Assembly (NCBI RefSeq): GCF_001194135.2
Contig: NC_068988.1
Location: 30,852,618-30,916,617 of the forward strand
Source of the DNA: Octopus bimaculoides
Lineage: Eukaryota
Direction: 5' to 3'
Length of the DNA: 64,000 bases
Shown here piece by piece: positions 34,139-48,979 of the stretch. Under the pieces are notes generated by a model. The model was not told where the DNA came from and did no database searches. It saw nothing but the letters and a program-made list of their open reading frames with translations. Positions within the stretch are counted from its first letter, which is position 1; every line of letters begins with the position of its first letter. The translations under genes and the position numbers were made by a program.

Positions 34139-35354
34139 CTGAAAAATTTAAGAAAAACATTTGTTAACAAAGTAATGAGGTTGATCATATATTTCTCAAT
34201 AAACACAGAAACACATACACACATACCTCTTCCATATGGTCCTACCAGAGGCAACCGTCATTAGATTTTCCCGATGGATTCCAAAGCATGACTAAATAAG
34301 ATTATGGATACTATCCAGCCATCTCGTTCTTGGTCTACATTAAGTTCTTCTGCCGGTTGATTCGGTTTGGAAAATTCCAGCGACCTTCTAATAACGTATC
34401 TGTAGTACTGAAGCTGTGACTTCTCAATGCGGATACGTAGCCTTTTGACCTGAAGAGACACCCTATCTCCAAGCTACGCACCTTGTCATATGACGTTAGT
34501 CCAAACGTCCGTATAAGAAACCTCATTTCGGCCGCTTGTATTCGCAATCGCATTCGTTCAGTTATTATTCAACTTTGATGAAAATAGGTGAGGATAAGTG
34601 CAAAAACCGAACTGAAGATAGCGTGTTTGGCTTGTTCAGTTACCTCTTTTTCTAAGGATCGAATACTTGAGCCTACACATTGCATTACCATTCTAGCATT
34701 CAATTCAGGCTCCTGCTTGCCATCACTCGAAAATATGGCCCCAAGATACCTGTTCCACTAACACGCACAGGGTACTGGAAGACTCTCTTGAGAATTCCAG
34801 TTTCACAGTCTTCCCACCACTTGTCTTCATCCTTGTCTTGCAGCACTCGACAGCGAACTCATTCACTGTATGCTAGAAATCGCCTGCTGCTGAATCAAGT
34901 AACATAAGATACTTCTAAATATCAGCCGGCTGATCCTGAACATAACGATGCTAAAGCACTTCCCAAGGGATGCGCATATCAATCCAGTTCATAAGATATA
35001 TGGACAGGAGTAGTGGAAATACGCACCCCTGCCAAAATCTATGTTGAACAGCTTCGACTTAACAACCGCTGAGCTTTTCTGGGTTCTTTCGTTTTTTTTT
35101 TGTTTTTTTGGGTTTTTTTTTTTTTTGCTTTGCTTTTTCTTTCTAGGGTTGATGATTACTAATTGCCTTTTTTAAATACTTTCACTTTCACTGACCCCAA
35201 CGAAAATAGATCTAAAAACTAGCTTACAAGAAAATAATTAGTATGTAAGTATGCACACACTTACACATATACATATATCATCCATGCATATACACATATA
35301 CAAACACTATTCATACATACACACAAACATACACTCATCTCTCTCTCTCACATT

Positions 35355-35389
<35 letters not shown>

Positions 35390-38300
35390 ATGGAAACATA
35401 AAATGCACAATTATGTGTACTCAAAACAAGAAGATACATGTTACATACCACCCTCGTATTTGCGATAAAGTATGCGTGTTCCATTTTCCATTTTGCCTTC
35501 AATCCAGTTTCCGTAATTAGTAGTTGCTCCCCAATCCACACGAAAATGCGGTTCTCTGAAATTAATGTTACAATTGATGAATTTAATAAAGTTTATCATA
35601 ATGAAAAATTTTACAACTAAATTTACAACAATCCATTCTGCTTGATTAAATCGATGAGTAAGCATTTTCATCTTTGCGATTAGTGATTGTCTCATACCTT
35701 GTGAGTTATTCACGATATAGAATGTGAAAATGACGAGTAATTTGGGTAAATCAGATCTTGGTGTTTAGCTTCAGCTCAGCTGTGATCAAGGCGATCTACT
35801 ATCAAAAAGCATTCCAGCTATGACAATTTTCACATTTCTTTGGTAAACATAATGTATGTTGGATCACATTCACCAATGATGGTAAAGGGTTAGTTGAGAC
35901 GAAACAAGTTCAAAGATTATCCTAGAAAACATGATACTCCATCAATTCCCACTTGCCCTATTATTTGAATTACAGATTTTTTAAACAAAAGAAGACAGTG
36001 GTTTTAACTCTAGGAGACAGTTGTGTTTACATCTCGATGTCTTCTCAGGAACTCATTATTGCCTTTGAAAACTCGCGCTTCACTGCTGGGTCACGTGTAT
36101 CCTTTTGCGGCCAGCAGCGATTGGATGTTTTGAGCGTATCACGACTGTGCTATGTCACCACAACAAAATAGTGCTAACATGTCTCGCTACAGTCTAATTC
36201 TCTTATTTCATTTTCAGTGTGATAGTGTTACTCTTAACTAGTTTTCAAAGTTCTTTTCGCACATTTCTAAGCCGGGTTTCATATTTATTTCTTTGGTAAA
36301 TCCTTGCCCTCTCTGTAATAATATTTCCAGGCTTTTATCACTTGCAGCATAGAAGTTTAGACCATCCATATACAAGAGATTGTTTAACATGTCAGTTAGA
36401 TAAGTCAATGTCAGACAGAAAGGGAGGGGAGAGAGTGGGTCTCTTTGAAATATTCCTCTTCTAATCGGGATTTACTTAGTTTTTATGATACCCTCTTTTT
36501 GTCTGGAGCTGCAACGACCTTCGTCGTTTATTCATTGCATGATTTATATATATATATTATTATTTCTTGTTCACAGCTAATGTTTTTCCAGGTTCGATGT
36601 GTGGAAAATACTGTCAAAACCTGTCGATAATCAATCCAAGTCATGCTGAAACACTTTTTTCTTGCGGCTATCTTCAGTAATAGTTTCATTGATCAATTAA
36701 CTTTATTGATTTTTACAGCATTATAAGCATTGGAAGCATCCCTTTTGCTCTTCCAGAATCAAGTCGTTTTCTTATAATCTGTCCACGCTATTGTTAATCT
36801 GTCTTTCTAGATTTCACTTATTTTAGAAGAAAAAGAGACAAAACCTGAAATCTACATGATGCAGAACATTCATACCTGAAATGAGAGAGGTTAATATCAA
36901 ATGGCCGGATTCAGAAAATACCTGTTAATTACTGAACCCTATAAAATTGATTCAACCTTCCTTCAAATTATGAGATTCTATAACTTTGTTAGAAATCATT
37001 ATTATTATTATCATTATATCATTAAATCATTAAAGATGATAACAAAGAATAAGGAGATAATATATACTTAATATCAACTGCAAAGCTCAATCGAGTATCA
37101 TCTGAGAAAGGATGAAAGATGAGTTTATCTTCCTGGCACCACGATGTAGAATTTGTCCCAGTTCCTTTGAAAACGAATTTTTGGCTTTGATGTTCGTCTT
37201 TGAAATGTAATTCCACCTGCAAATGTAAAGTTGAGTAGGATCAATAATCTAAGAGAGTGAGAGGGAGGCGAGCGTCGCAAAGAAAAAAGAAGATAAGGAT
37301 GAATTATAGGGAAATGCAAAAAGTGCGAGAAAAAGATATAGAGAAAAGTGGGGCATTCGAGATCAATGACAAAGTATACTTTTCTTTTGAAAACAACGAT
37401 AGTTTGGGAAGAAAAAATAGCATGCTTAAATGAATTGATAGGAAGCGTGAAAATACACAGAGGAAACCGCACTCTTGGTTATTTTTGTCGTTATGTTAAT
37501 TCTTCTGACAAGCATACTGAAAAAATCCAGGCCCGTCTATGAGTTTGTCTAAACCATGTGTGAAGGTAAATCATCTACCAAGAAAGGAAGGAGACAAGAT
37601 TTTTAAAAGCAGAAAATGTCATGCATACTGCAATACTAAGGCTGAAAACCTACGTGGTATGTCGTAAATAAAGAACACTATTGGCGGCTGAAGATATCCA
37701 ACATGTTAGTGAAGTAGTAGAAGAAATCAAGTACAGAAGGATGAACGACGCGAAAAATAGCTGGAAAGATAACGAATTACATGGCCAATTGGTGCAAGAA
37801 ATCAAGTAAGGAGCAAAGAATGCTGGTTGTGGCTGACAGATGGAAACCTGAATCCAGGAACCGAATCGCTAGTGGTAGCCGTTTTGGAACAAGATATTAA
37901 GGCAAAGCTGCTAAAGGCAAAGGTCAGTCAGAGAAATAGATAATCTGTGGGAAATGAGACAAAGCTATTTACCATCTTTTGAATGAATGTAGTAATTTAA
38001 CACAAAATCAAAATAAACGCGGTCATTAGTGTGTACGTAAAATCGTGCAATGAGATTTTAGACGAGTATGTGTCTACGAAATAACAGGAAAGTGGTATGC
38101 ATATGAGCTAGAAGTTAGACTGTCAATGGTAATTACAATATGTTATGGGAACTACACATAAACAATGACCAAATTACTGAACCAAAGACACTAGTTATGA
38201 TTAGAGATGGCAAAAAAGGAAGACGAAGACAACAATTATTTCGTGGTAGTTGTTGCACTCGGATAACACCCAAAAGGCTCAAACCGCTACCTTGCCAAGG

Positions 38301-40545
38301 CTGACGGATACAGGGATTAAGACTAGGATTTTCGACCTGCAATCCCTTATTATGTAAGAATCCTAAGAAAGGATCTTGAGATTTGAAGGGACCTGCTATC
38401 ACCAAACTCAAAACAACGACACTACTAAATAATGTAGCATTTAATAGCTATAACAAACATAACGAGGATTATTTCACACTTTAAAATGATTGAAGCCTCA
38501 GCATTCTCATCGATTGTTTTTTTAAACCTGAAATTTCCTTTGATGGTGTTGATCTATCATCAAAGATATTCCGGCTAAGACTATCAAGTTCTTTTTTTTT
38601 TTATTGACACTGTATTTAAGAAAATATTATGCGATAGTTCCTTCGTGTTTGAAGGCAGTAGAGTGTGATGTGAGAAAGATTTCATTGTTATTTCCAACAG
38701 ATGGAACGATCGCGTAGAAGTTCTTCACTAGTTGATTTCTTGTACTTGTGTGGTAAAGGTTTGTTTTGTTTAAGCCTTTTAAGTTCAAGAAATAACCAAA
38801 GGTAATCTATCTCAACATATGTTGGTGTGTTTGCATGTGTGTATGTGTGCGCGTATGTGTATTCTTCTGTATTGATGTATGCAAATGTGTGTGTATGTGA
38901 GGACTAACTGCTCATTTTATATATAAAAAAACATACACGTAGTTGATATGATTTTCTGCAACACATAGTTTTACCATCGATATCTTACATTAGAATGTTC
39001 TATGTGGTTACCTAGCTAGCAAGAAAAAGAAACCAAGCCGCTCTCAGATTATGCCCTGCCGTCTAATAATCTAGTTATAGATATATCATGTACGAAAATA
39101 AGACAAGAATTCAAAACAGGATCCTGTTTAAATCTAAGGATGAAGTGGAAAATACCAACAGCACAAGTTACATGCGCCATTGCAATATCGACCGGAAGAG
39201 GTAAGAATTTAATACCTCAAGAGATAGGGAACTGACAAAGTATTATTTAAATGAAAATCATTTTGAAATTTCAAAAATACATTACCATTTCAATAGGCAA
39301 ACTGTCCCAGTATAAATATATAGGACTTCTATTGAATGAGAATTTGTTCAACTTAAATACTTTCTGCCATTGTTTGCCTGTAATGAACAATAAATGGCAA
39401 ACAATGGTTTAGATGTAAATATACAGACAAGATTGTAAGGAAGTTTATTAATATTTTAAAAGAAATATGCAACACAGAGTACTATGAAGTATACTTGATT
39501 GATTTTAACATTATTAAATGCAATAGAATTTTTATAGACGAAAACTGAAATAGGTCCATCGTATATATGTGCATATTTTTGTGTATGTCTGTGTTTGTAC
39601 CCTCACCATCACTTGGCAACCGATGGGGTTATGTTTCCATCCCCGTCAACTAGCGGTTCGGGAAAAGAAACCGATAGAATAAGTCTTGGCGTTGATTTGT
39701 TCAAATAAAGGGATGCTACAGCATGGCTGTAGTCAAATGACTGAAAGAAGTAAAAGAACAAAATAAAAACTATGCCATTTTAATCGCAAGCAACGCCGGG
39801 TATCTCTGGTAGTATATAATACAAATGAAAGATAAACATTTTATAAATGTGTATGTCAGTTGTCTATGTTAATGTGTGTATGTGTGTATATAGATGTTTA
39901 ATTTCTAAGTCGATTTATGTGTGTGTATGTTTGTGTTTATATTAGTAAAAAGCTTATCGAAACGAATCAGTTCATTTTCATACGCATTCGTTTATAATTT
40001 TTTTTTAAATGTCAATCTTTAGAGTCATTAATTAAAATTAACAATTATATTTATGTGTATGAACGTACGAGTATGCATAAACGAAAATCTCTTCAGAACG
40101 TTTGATATTAGTATCAGATAAACACCAAAATATATTACATTATATGAAACGGTAAGATAATTAATAAAATACATATATTTGTGTTTGCATGTGTATGATT
40201 ATTTGATAATAAGAGGTCACTATTATATTCTTGTATTAAACAAATAACTGTTTATATTCATATGTATACATTTATTTGAGAATAAAAGTTTACCGTTATA
40301 GTCATTCGTTCATATTTTATTCCATATATGTATGTGTGAGTGTGAGAGTGTATGTATTAATACATGCTTACGTTTGACGCATTTGAATTTAATACGTATA
40401 TATATTACGGCTATTACGTCATCAAAATTGGTTTTGTGAATAGATTTACAACTTAAGAATTTAAGATTTCATGTATTATATTAGTATATTAATTAATAAA
40501 TACTCCATGTCATTATTAATCGTTATTAATTGGACTCTTACGTAC

Positions 40546-40589
<44 letters not shown>

Positions 40590-41214
40590 CAAAAGAATTC
40601 CAACTCTGTCTGTTTTTTTATGTTTTATTTATATTCTTATAAAATTAATGTAGGATATAGAATATTTGACAGGAACATTCCCGTCAAATCGGTGTGGGTA
40701 CCTCTATGCTGAAGAGTAATTCAAACCAGATACTTTTTCTTTTTCTAGTTTAAGGGTTAGTGTTTTATGCAGTCTTGAAATCATTTATATCATGTATTTT
40801 TTTGTGACACCACTGTTATAAAGTTTCCTTACATGGAATTGAAGACATATTTCTTATTAGGTTTTGAATTATAAATTTAGGAAGGTTGGATTGACTATAC
40901 ATATGCTGGATACTTTATCTTCTGTTGATAATGATTGTAAATAGTACGTACTAAATCTAGATTACCGGGGATTATCTTATGAGTTACTACTGCAACGAGA
41001 AAAACTGTTTGTAAAGAAAAGTTTTCATTTTCACCAAAATGTTTCGGATATTTGTAAGACTGGCAACCTCTCCTTTCAAATATTTTATTAACATGCACAC
41101 AACCAGAAAGTTCTTAGTAGCTCTTCAGTTTAATGTTCAATTTTTTATAGGTCTTATGTGTGTGTGTGTGTTGGGGGGTGGGGGTGTATGCATGTATATG
41201 TATACATGTATATA

Positions 41215-41293
<79 letters not shown>

Positions 41294-41700
41294 GTACATA
41301 ACCATTAAATAGCGTTAATGGTGGAAACATTGTGCAAAAATGATAAAAACAAGGAAAATCTGATTTACATACTGTGTTTATAAATCAACATATATGATGA
41401 ACAGTCGCAATCATAATCTTCAAGTTCAGTCTTATAAAACGTACGATGCATGTGACATGCGCCATTACAATAGCTGAAATATCCACAATCAACCTGTGAT
41501 AAACACAGGATTGCACACTGTATACGAGATGCTACGTTCTCAGTTATGTTATATTGGCCTTTTAGACATTTTGATTTAGTAATTCTTCGGAAATTACTCT
41601 CTTTATATTCTGCTTTGCAAATTATGGGAGCGCCGACAAATAGAAGTGTCATAGCTAGCATCAACTTGAGAAACAAATGATAATCAGCTGAAGTTGCCAT
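34089..41700 (-). CDS. Paralog 3: spliced gene, 241 aa (complement join 41700-41373,39377-39286,37216-37068,35555-35449,34138-34089)
   Basis: GT-AG introns with phases 1,0,2,1 and an open 726-nt join. Same domain layout as paralogs 1 and 2. Confidence 0.85.
34250..35075 (-). mobile_element. RTE-clade LINE RT/C-terminal fragment in paralog 3 intron 4
   Basis: [24 protein letters not shown] and [10 protein letters not shown] are typical of the RTE C-terminus. Confidence 0.7.
35449..35555 (-). CDS. Paralog 3 coding exon 4
   Basis: aatttcag|A...GGTG|gtatgt, 107 nt, (K)[35 protein letters not shown]. Confidence 0.8.
36570..36800 (-). mobile_element. R4/Dong-like RT fragment
   Basis: Minus strand ...[19 protein letters not shown]. 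Confidence 0.55.
37068..37216 (-). CDS. Paralog 3 coding exon 3
   Basis: catttgcag|GTG...ATTAA|gtatat, 149 nt, [49 protein letters not shown]. Confidence 0.85.
37690..38140 (+). mobile_element. R4/Dong-like C-terminal fragment, degenerate
   Basis: [16 protein letters not shown] followed by decayed WL.DGNL.PETESL and CCHC-region sequence. Confidence 0.55.
39286..39377 (-). CDS. Paralog 3 coding exon 2
   Basis: ttcattacag|GC...GAAATG|gtaatg, 92 nt, (S)[30 protein letters not shown]. Confidence 0.8.
41373..41700 (-). CDS. Paralog 3 coding exon 1: signal peptide + PAN/Apple-like domain
   Basis: tttttcag|ga[33 protein letters not shown]...[38 protein letters not shown]...CDC, donor A|gtatgt. 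Confidence 0.9.
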
Positions 41701-41724
41701 TCCTGAAAAATATACGGATATTTA

Positions 41725-41730
41725 ATAATG

Positions 41731-41813
<83 letters not shown>

Positions 41814-41843
41814 AACGACGATGATGATGATGATGATGATGAT
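41725..41843. repeat. (AAT)n(GAT)n compound microsatellite
   Basis: Directly visible, just upstream of the paralog 3 exon-1 acceptor. Confidence 0.95.
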
Positions 41844-41844
41844 G

Positions 41845-42470
41845 GGTTCTTCACAAACTTTCCGAGTCTGATCGCTCGCTTAGAGCGAATGTGTACTCTT
41901 CTTTGCTATCACGTCTCACGAATGAACCCTTTTTGGACCGAATAGACACTGGTGACGAGAAATGGGTTCCCTATAAAAATGTCAAGAACCGAAAACAGTG
42001 GACCGGGAAAGGAGAAACATCGGCACCCCAGGCTAAAGAAGGTATTGTTATCTATTTGTTGAGAAGTTTAGTCCACTTTGAACTTTTAAGCCTAAACCAA
42101 ACGATAATGCGAGCACCTTGGGTGGCTTAAGTCAGCGCTAGAAGAAAAACGACCATCTTTGGTTTCAAGATGAAAGGTCTTCTTCCATCAGGATCAATCG
42201 CGACCACATACGAGGATGATATTCTAAAGGCTGGAACAGTTTGAATGGGAAACTATGACCCCCACACCATATTCCTCGAATAATGCCCCATCTGATTATC
42301 ATTTATTCCGCAGTCTTCAAAATCATTTCGACGAATTCTGTAGACGAGGTCAGAACATACTGGAGGAGTATTTTTGTCACGGACAAGTGAATTTTAGAAG
42401 AGAGGACTTGCAACTCTACCAGATAACTGGAAGAGCATTGTAAAAAATGAAGGAGAGTATAGTTTAGATA
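41845..42470 (+). mobile_element. Degenerate mariner (DD34D) transposase in the 5'UTR intron of paralog 3
   Basis: SSLLSRLTNEPFLDRIDTGDEKWVPYKNV and PTPYSSNNAPSDYHLFRSLQNHF. Confidence 0.85.
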
Positions 42471-42584
42471 AAAGAAAAAAACATTGTTTATCTTAATTTT
42501 GAAAAATAAAAGAAGTATAACAGTTGTCGAGCAGTGGTGGGGATACAAACACAGATACAAAGACATACACACACACACACACAC

Positions 42585-42631
<47 letters not shown>

Positions 42632-43239
42632 CATACATACATACGACGGGCTTCTTACAATTCCGTCAACCGAATCCACTCACGTAGCTTTCTTCCGCCC
42701 GAGGCTATAGCAGAAGAAACTTCCGCAGGGTGCCACGCAGTGGGACTGAACCCGAAATCATGTGGTTGGGAAGCAAACGTCTTACCATACTGCCATGCCT
42801 GCGCTTATACTTGAGCTTTTAATATCATCTCGTTTAATATAAAAGGTAAAGTCGAATACAGACTAAGTATTAGCATTTAGTTTGAGATACTAAGTGATTG
42901 TCTCATCTAGTACCCTTTTTCTAAATAATAATGATTTCTAACATAAACCGAAGCCAGACAGGAGACAGACAAAAAGAAAAGAAAACCTTGCCACAATAGG
43001 ATTTGAAACCAGAATTTAAATGTACGTAACTGAATATTAAATATACCTTATTAATCGAACCATGACTTCTATAAACCCACCGCCCTTCCTTCCAGGATCT
43101 ATGGATATAGGATATGATAATAATAAAATCAAATGTAATGAAAGCACATACCACTTAAAGAATTTTTTAAACACAGATTTATAGAAATAATTGTGTTTAC
43201 TGTCACTCATTTGATTCCTAATAAAATTAATTCACTTAC

Positions 43240-43330
43240 CTTTAAGGTTCATGACTGTTACGGAGTTGCTAATTCAGCTTCAATTTTTCTTGAAATTTGA
43301 TCAATCAGAAGTGTCTTACAGGAAACAATA
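43240..43330 (-). other. Putative non-coding first exon of paralog 3 (donor AAG|GTAAGT at 43240/43239; 5' end unknown)
   Basis: Consensus donor upstream of the acceptor-preceded coding exon 1, analogous to paralog 2. Confidence 0.35.
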
Positions 43331-46300
43331 TCTTCTGCGTTATCCAATTTCGATAAACAAGATTATTTTTTTATCTTTTAGTTTTGACAATTCAGGAAAA
43401 AAGACAATGCTTTAAAAAGACAATGCTTTAAAAAGACAATATCGTCAGATGTTTTCCAACGTTTTAATCAATGGTGAGCAACTTGAACTTACTTCCTCTC
43501 TAACTCTAGATGCTGTCGTCAGACTATTTCAGCTTTCTTCAACACGTTCTTAAACTTGCGGTCTTATCCTGTTTTGTTTTCTCTCCAGAATGCTTTAATA
43601 TCAAGGTTATAAAAAAAATTATCAATTTTAAGATAAGCTTCCTTTTCCAATCTGTTTCCACTTCTATCCACTGACCAACGCATATAAACTACTTGACACA
43701 ATTTACATGCATTTATGCGCTCGGTGAACAAAAGAGATATACTTTAACTTTGTGTTGTATTGATTGGTTTTCAATTTGTTTAATTTTTAATTTTGCTCTA
43801 GACAAATTATGATCGATATCATCGGTAACTAATAGGTGGCTGAGAATTGATTGGAGGACGCCATGATATGTTTATATTTTCTTTCGAATAAAATGTTGAT
43901 AATGTGCCTCCCACCCCGAGAAAGGCATGGATGCCACAAATTTTCGTGTTAATTAGTGAACGAACATATTTACAGTATTTATTCTAATCCTACATTGTGC
44001 GTTCGGATATGGCCGAGATCACATATTGATTTAGCCTCGATGTTTTTACTTGGATAATCGTGTTACTAGTTAAATGTAGAGGAAAAAGAAATTGCATAAT
44101 TAAAATTATTAAAAGTTTTTTTGAAATAACGTACAAAAGAGAGATTAGATGAGGTACACTCCGGAGATTAGGAGAGGCGTATGTCAGTGTAACAGAAGAC
44201 ACGGAGCTTGGAAGATTAGCAGTCTAGTGTTGGTGTTGTTTTTGTGTATCCATAGGTTTCAATGAGTCTTCATTGAGGAGTCATTGAGTAGTCATTTTAT
44301 CAAAGAAGTTGTAACCATCATCATCTTGTTTGGGACAGTGTTCAATGGATACCACATTATACAAATGTGTTCATCTAAAAGGGTGAAATATGATAAAATA
44401 AATATTGGTGGTAATTTCAAATAGTTTGCGAAACCGCTTAGAGGTCAGGCTCTCTCATAGATATTAACATACACAATGTAGCGCCTAGAAAGGGTATTTC
44501 ATCAACTGAAACTGCACTCGTAATTAGTACAAAAAACCATTAGCGTTAATATCAATTACTTAGCGAAACAGATAAGAGAGGAAACTCCGAAATAATATAT
44601 TAAAGCATGAATTGTACCATGTAATAAGGTATGAGTCTGGATGACAATCAGGGTATGTTTCTGTATTATTAAATCTCTTTGATAAAGCATAGTCAGCACG
44701 ATCACATTAACTGTTCTGTTTTGCTCATTATATCTGGTAGCCTACATTTAACTATGTAGTGTTTATGCAGAATAGTCGTATACCTAACAGAAATTTTCCA
44801 GTGATATCTTTATATATTCTGTGTATTTGAAGTGTACTATCTCAGATATTACGGTCAATTCTGCAACATGTAAGAATTTTGAGCTGATAATCATTTGAAT
44901 TTCTATATTTATGTGTATTTGTAAAAGAAGTCCGTTCCAGTTATTGTAAAGCAAAGAATATGTGATCATCACAAAAATGTATTCATTTTAAAGACTAACT
45001 TCAATGATAGTTGTAGTTGTTAAGCTCCAAACGATGCTGAAAGCATATTTTCAACAGCATAAGTTTATGTGTCCTAAGGTGTGATTTAAAAGCTAAAAGT
45101 ATTTTCTGATCGAACGACCACTGGGTGACACACGCTGTTGTTCTTGAGGTGTAATAATTGATATTTCCTTGCATATTACCGCTGTTTGATTCACACTCAT
45201 TTTAGAATCTCAGATTCACACACTTGTTAGAGTAGTCCTCTAGTTTAAAGCTCTGTAAAAGAAGTCCGAAGAATGGGCCTCCAACCGGGCCTTCCATGAT
45301 ACCCATAAAGCCAGGAACCTTTCAGAACCCTTTTTTACCTATATAAATGCAGCCAGCAGTGATTATCTATTGATTAGTTCTCAGTCTCAGTTACACGGTC
45401 AATAATAGATTGTTATTATTGTTATTATTATTTTTTTAAATTAGCTTAATATCATTAATCGAGAGTTTATGTCTGAACTTCTAAAAAGCTACGAGGAAAT
45501 TACTTGTTTCAACTTGTTACTTCTCTTGATATTCATGAGCGTCTTTTCGTATTCTTTCTATTCACTTTACATGGAAGTTGGTGAAGGACATATCAGCTTT
45601 AATATTATTAATAAATATCCTTACAAACACGCACAAACATAAGCATATATATATATATATATATANNNNNNNNNNNNNNNNNNNNNNNNNNNNNNNNNNN
45701 NNNNNNNNNNNNNNNNNNNNNNNNNNNNNNNNNNNNNNNNNNNNNNNNNNNNNNNNNNNNNNNNNNNNNNNNNNNNNNNNNNNNNNNNNNNNNNNNNNNN
45801 NNNNNNNNNNNNNNNNNNNNNNNNNNNNNNNNNNNNNNTGTAGGTCAGACTTACAGAAAGACAAAAGACGAAATCAGGCATAGGGGCAACAAGCAGGTGT
45901 ATTAGTTTAACGCTCGGGAAAGATGGAAAAAGTCCTTTAAGTTTCGATCCTACGCTCTTCGCCAGAAAGGAATAAGAGGAAAAAAATAGGTAGAGAATTG
46001 ACAGAAAAAATGGTGAGAGAGCGGTCCATTCTGTTATATATCTACTATTACTATTTAAAATTATGTATGTCTACTACAGATTTCTTGTATTGCATGTGCA
46101 ATGATATACAGTAACCAGCTGCATTTAACTGAAGAATATCTACACCTCTGTGCCTCAAAGAATTTTTTTACTCATAACCTTAAAAAACGTGGATATTTTT
46201 TAATTAAATTTTCTACATATAGGCTTCAAATAGTGTAGATATGGTGTCGATTCAGATTATATTGCAATTTGTTGTGATTTAAAATTTTTCGAAAGCATAT

Positions 46301-46499
46301 GATGAGGGTCAGCAATGTATGTGATCCATTCCACCAATCTATATTTCCATGTTCACTTCTGATATAATCGTAATCTACACACACTGGAAGTTATTTGTCG
46401 AAATTCTCATTTAAAAATACTCATTGTGAATTTCTGAATCTCCTAACTACACTTCCTACGAAAACACTTTTTCAACGACATATTCAGATATAATCAGAC

Positions 46500-48760
46500 A
46501 CTCTAGCGCTGTCTAACCGCGGCAGTAAAACCCGGAAAACATCAACCTACTGGCTTTAAGCCTGCACAGAACTGGTGTAAGAGTAAGTCACTAGGGTCTG
46601 TTTTCGACGGATGTAGAAGCCATTGTGCCTTAATGTACAGCTACCGCCTACCTCAAGCTGGTCATCCCCAAGCCAGTTAGGTACTGTCCAGGTTACAGCT
46701 CACCTGCTCCAGTGGGTGCGTGGGACGTAGCGAAACTAATGTATCGAATCGCGAGCTGTAAACATTGCATCAAGAAAAACGAACAGACAAGCAAACAAAC
46801 AACGCAAAAAAACCCAGCATTCAGACTTAGATGTTGGAACATAAAGACCATGAAAACTGGTCTTCCGATAACCTTCAAAAGATTAGCGACACACGCAAAA
46901 CAGTAGTGATCAACAAGGAACTGCTATGAATCCAAGTGAATATTACAATACTCCAGGAAAGGAGGCCCCCAGATTTGGGGACCTTTCGTGGAAGATAGTA
47001 TACTATTTTCTAACAAGGGAAAGCACAGATAAAATGAGAGAGCATTGTGTCGGTTTTGCTGTGAAGAACTCTCTGCTGAAGTTGGTAAAACTCAACAGCG
47101 TTGGTTCGGAGCGAATATTCTCACTTCTGGTTGGCCTGTCGAGCTTATCAGCGCTTATGCTCGCATTCTCTATTCCTCACAAGATGTCAAGGATAGGTTT
47201 TCCGATCAGCTCTCTAGGAGAAATACAGGCTATCCCAAATGGAGAACAGCTGGTGTTATTTGGCAACTTCATTGCCAGAGTGGGAGCTGATCACGACTCC
47301 TGGTCAGGGTGTTTGGTTCGGTACGGGGCTGGCAACATGAGTGAAAATAGCCGATGGTTGTTTGAGCTCTGTATGCTACATGGATTATGTGTCACCACAA
47401 CTACTTCCAGGTCAAAGCAAAGGGTCTCTTGGCGTCACCCTCGCTCAGAGCCCTGACACCAGCTATTGCTGATTTTCACATGATTCTACCTGAGGAATGT
47501 CCTCCTGACACGGTTTTTTTCTTTCAGAACACACTCCAACCAAAAATGATGCACTGCGCCAAGATCCCAAGCAAGCAGCACGGCAATGCTACTGCAATCC
47601 AACAGCCAACTAAAACGCATTTCTCATGGCACTCGAAGACGCCCTCCATGCAGACCCACCGAAAGGCAATGTTCCGCAGAGATGGGACTCTCCCAGAGAC
47701 ATCATCAATTACTCTGCATTGTGGGCCTTTAGGATGAGGAGCAAAATGACACAAGGCTGGTTTGAGGCGAGCGGGAAAGTGTTCAATAACCACATGAAGG
47801 AGAAGCGTGCTGCCTTTCTGAAGCACAAACAACAACCTACTAGGGCAATGCTGCAAGCATTGACATCAGCAAGGAACAGCATGTAGAAGACTGTGAGGTG
47901 GTGTGCAAATAACTACCGTTTACAACTGTGTAGATAACCATCTGTCGATTGACACGGGCAATATTCGTAGAATGCATGAGGGTATCAAGAAATCCAATCA
48001 GCCCAACCCAGAGCAAGGTAAGCCCTCTCAAATCCAGATCAAGTGAAGTTATCATGGGCAAAATAGAGCAGCTGGAGGGATGGATTGATGAAACATTATT
48101 CCGCACTTTAAGCCAAGGAAAATATTGTGGACAGCGTGCTAGACACAGTAGAACACCTACCAGACATAGAAGAACTGAGCAGAACAATTGATGGCCTGTC
48201 CACTGGAAAAGCACCGGCTTTGGACGACATCAAACCACAGATCATCAGATGTGCAAGGAGAGTTCTACTTAGCCACTTGCTGAAGCTACTGTGTAGGTGC
48301 TGGGCGGAGGGATCAGTACCGCAAGACATGAGAGACTGCAACATTGTCATCCTTTATTATAACAAAGGAGACAAAAACTACTGCAATAATTACCGAGGCA
48401 TCTTGTTGGTAAGCATCATCAGGAAGGTCTTTGTCCGCGTGGTTCTAAACAGACTACAGAAAATCGATAAGAAGGTATGCTCCGAATCCCAGTGCGGTTT
48501 CAGGTCAGAACATTTCACCCTCGACACGATCTCTCTTCGACAGTTAGAAGCGAAGCGCCAAGAGCAAAGGCAACCACTCTTTATCACCTTCATCGACCTC
48601 ATAAAGTCGGTAGAGACGGTCTGCTCAATGTCTTTGCCAAAATTAGCATCATTCAATTTTATTTCGCTTCTTCGAAGGTATTCAATATACTTAGCGGCTT
48701 GAAACAGGATTGTGTACCTACCCCCAGCCTGTTTGACATCTTTTCTGCAGTCATACTGAA
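46500..48760 (+). mobile_element. RTE-clade LINE: 5'UTR + APE + RT N-terminal half, frameshifted
   Basis: FRLRCWNIKTM (APE), ELSRTIDGLSTGKAPALDDI, QDMRDCNIVILYYNKGDKNYCNNYRGI, ESQCGFRSE...FITFIDL. Confidence 0.85.
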
Positions 48761-48773
48761 ACACAGACACACA

Positions 48774-48815
<42 letters not shown>

Positions 48816-48944
48816 NNNNNNNNNNNNNNNNNNNNNNNNNNNNNNNNNNNNNNNNNNNNNNNNNNNNNNNNNNNNNNNNNNNNNNNNNNNNNNNNNNNNN
48901 NNNNNNNNNNNNNNNNNNNNNNNNNNNNNNNNNNNNNNNNNNNN

Positions 48945-48979
<35 letters not shown>

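Noticed and set aside
38133-38411. Possible tyrosine-recombinase (DIRS-like) remnant or small gene
   Set aside because: Only a faint GATTT-like resemblance with several stops. Not supportable.
43990-45330. CR1-like LINE fragments on the minus strand
   Set aside because: Motif traces are too decayed to delimit or classify with confidence.
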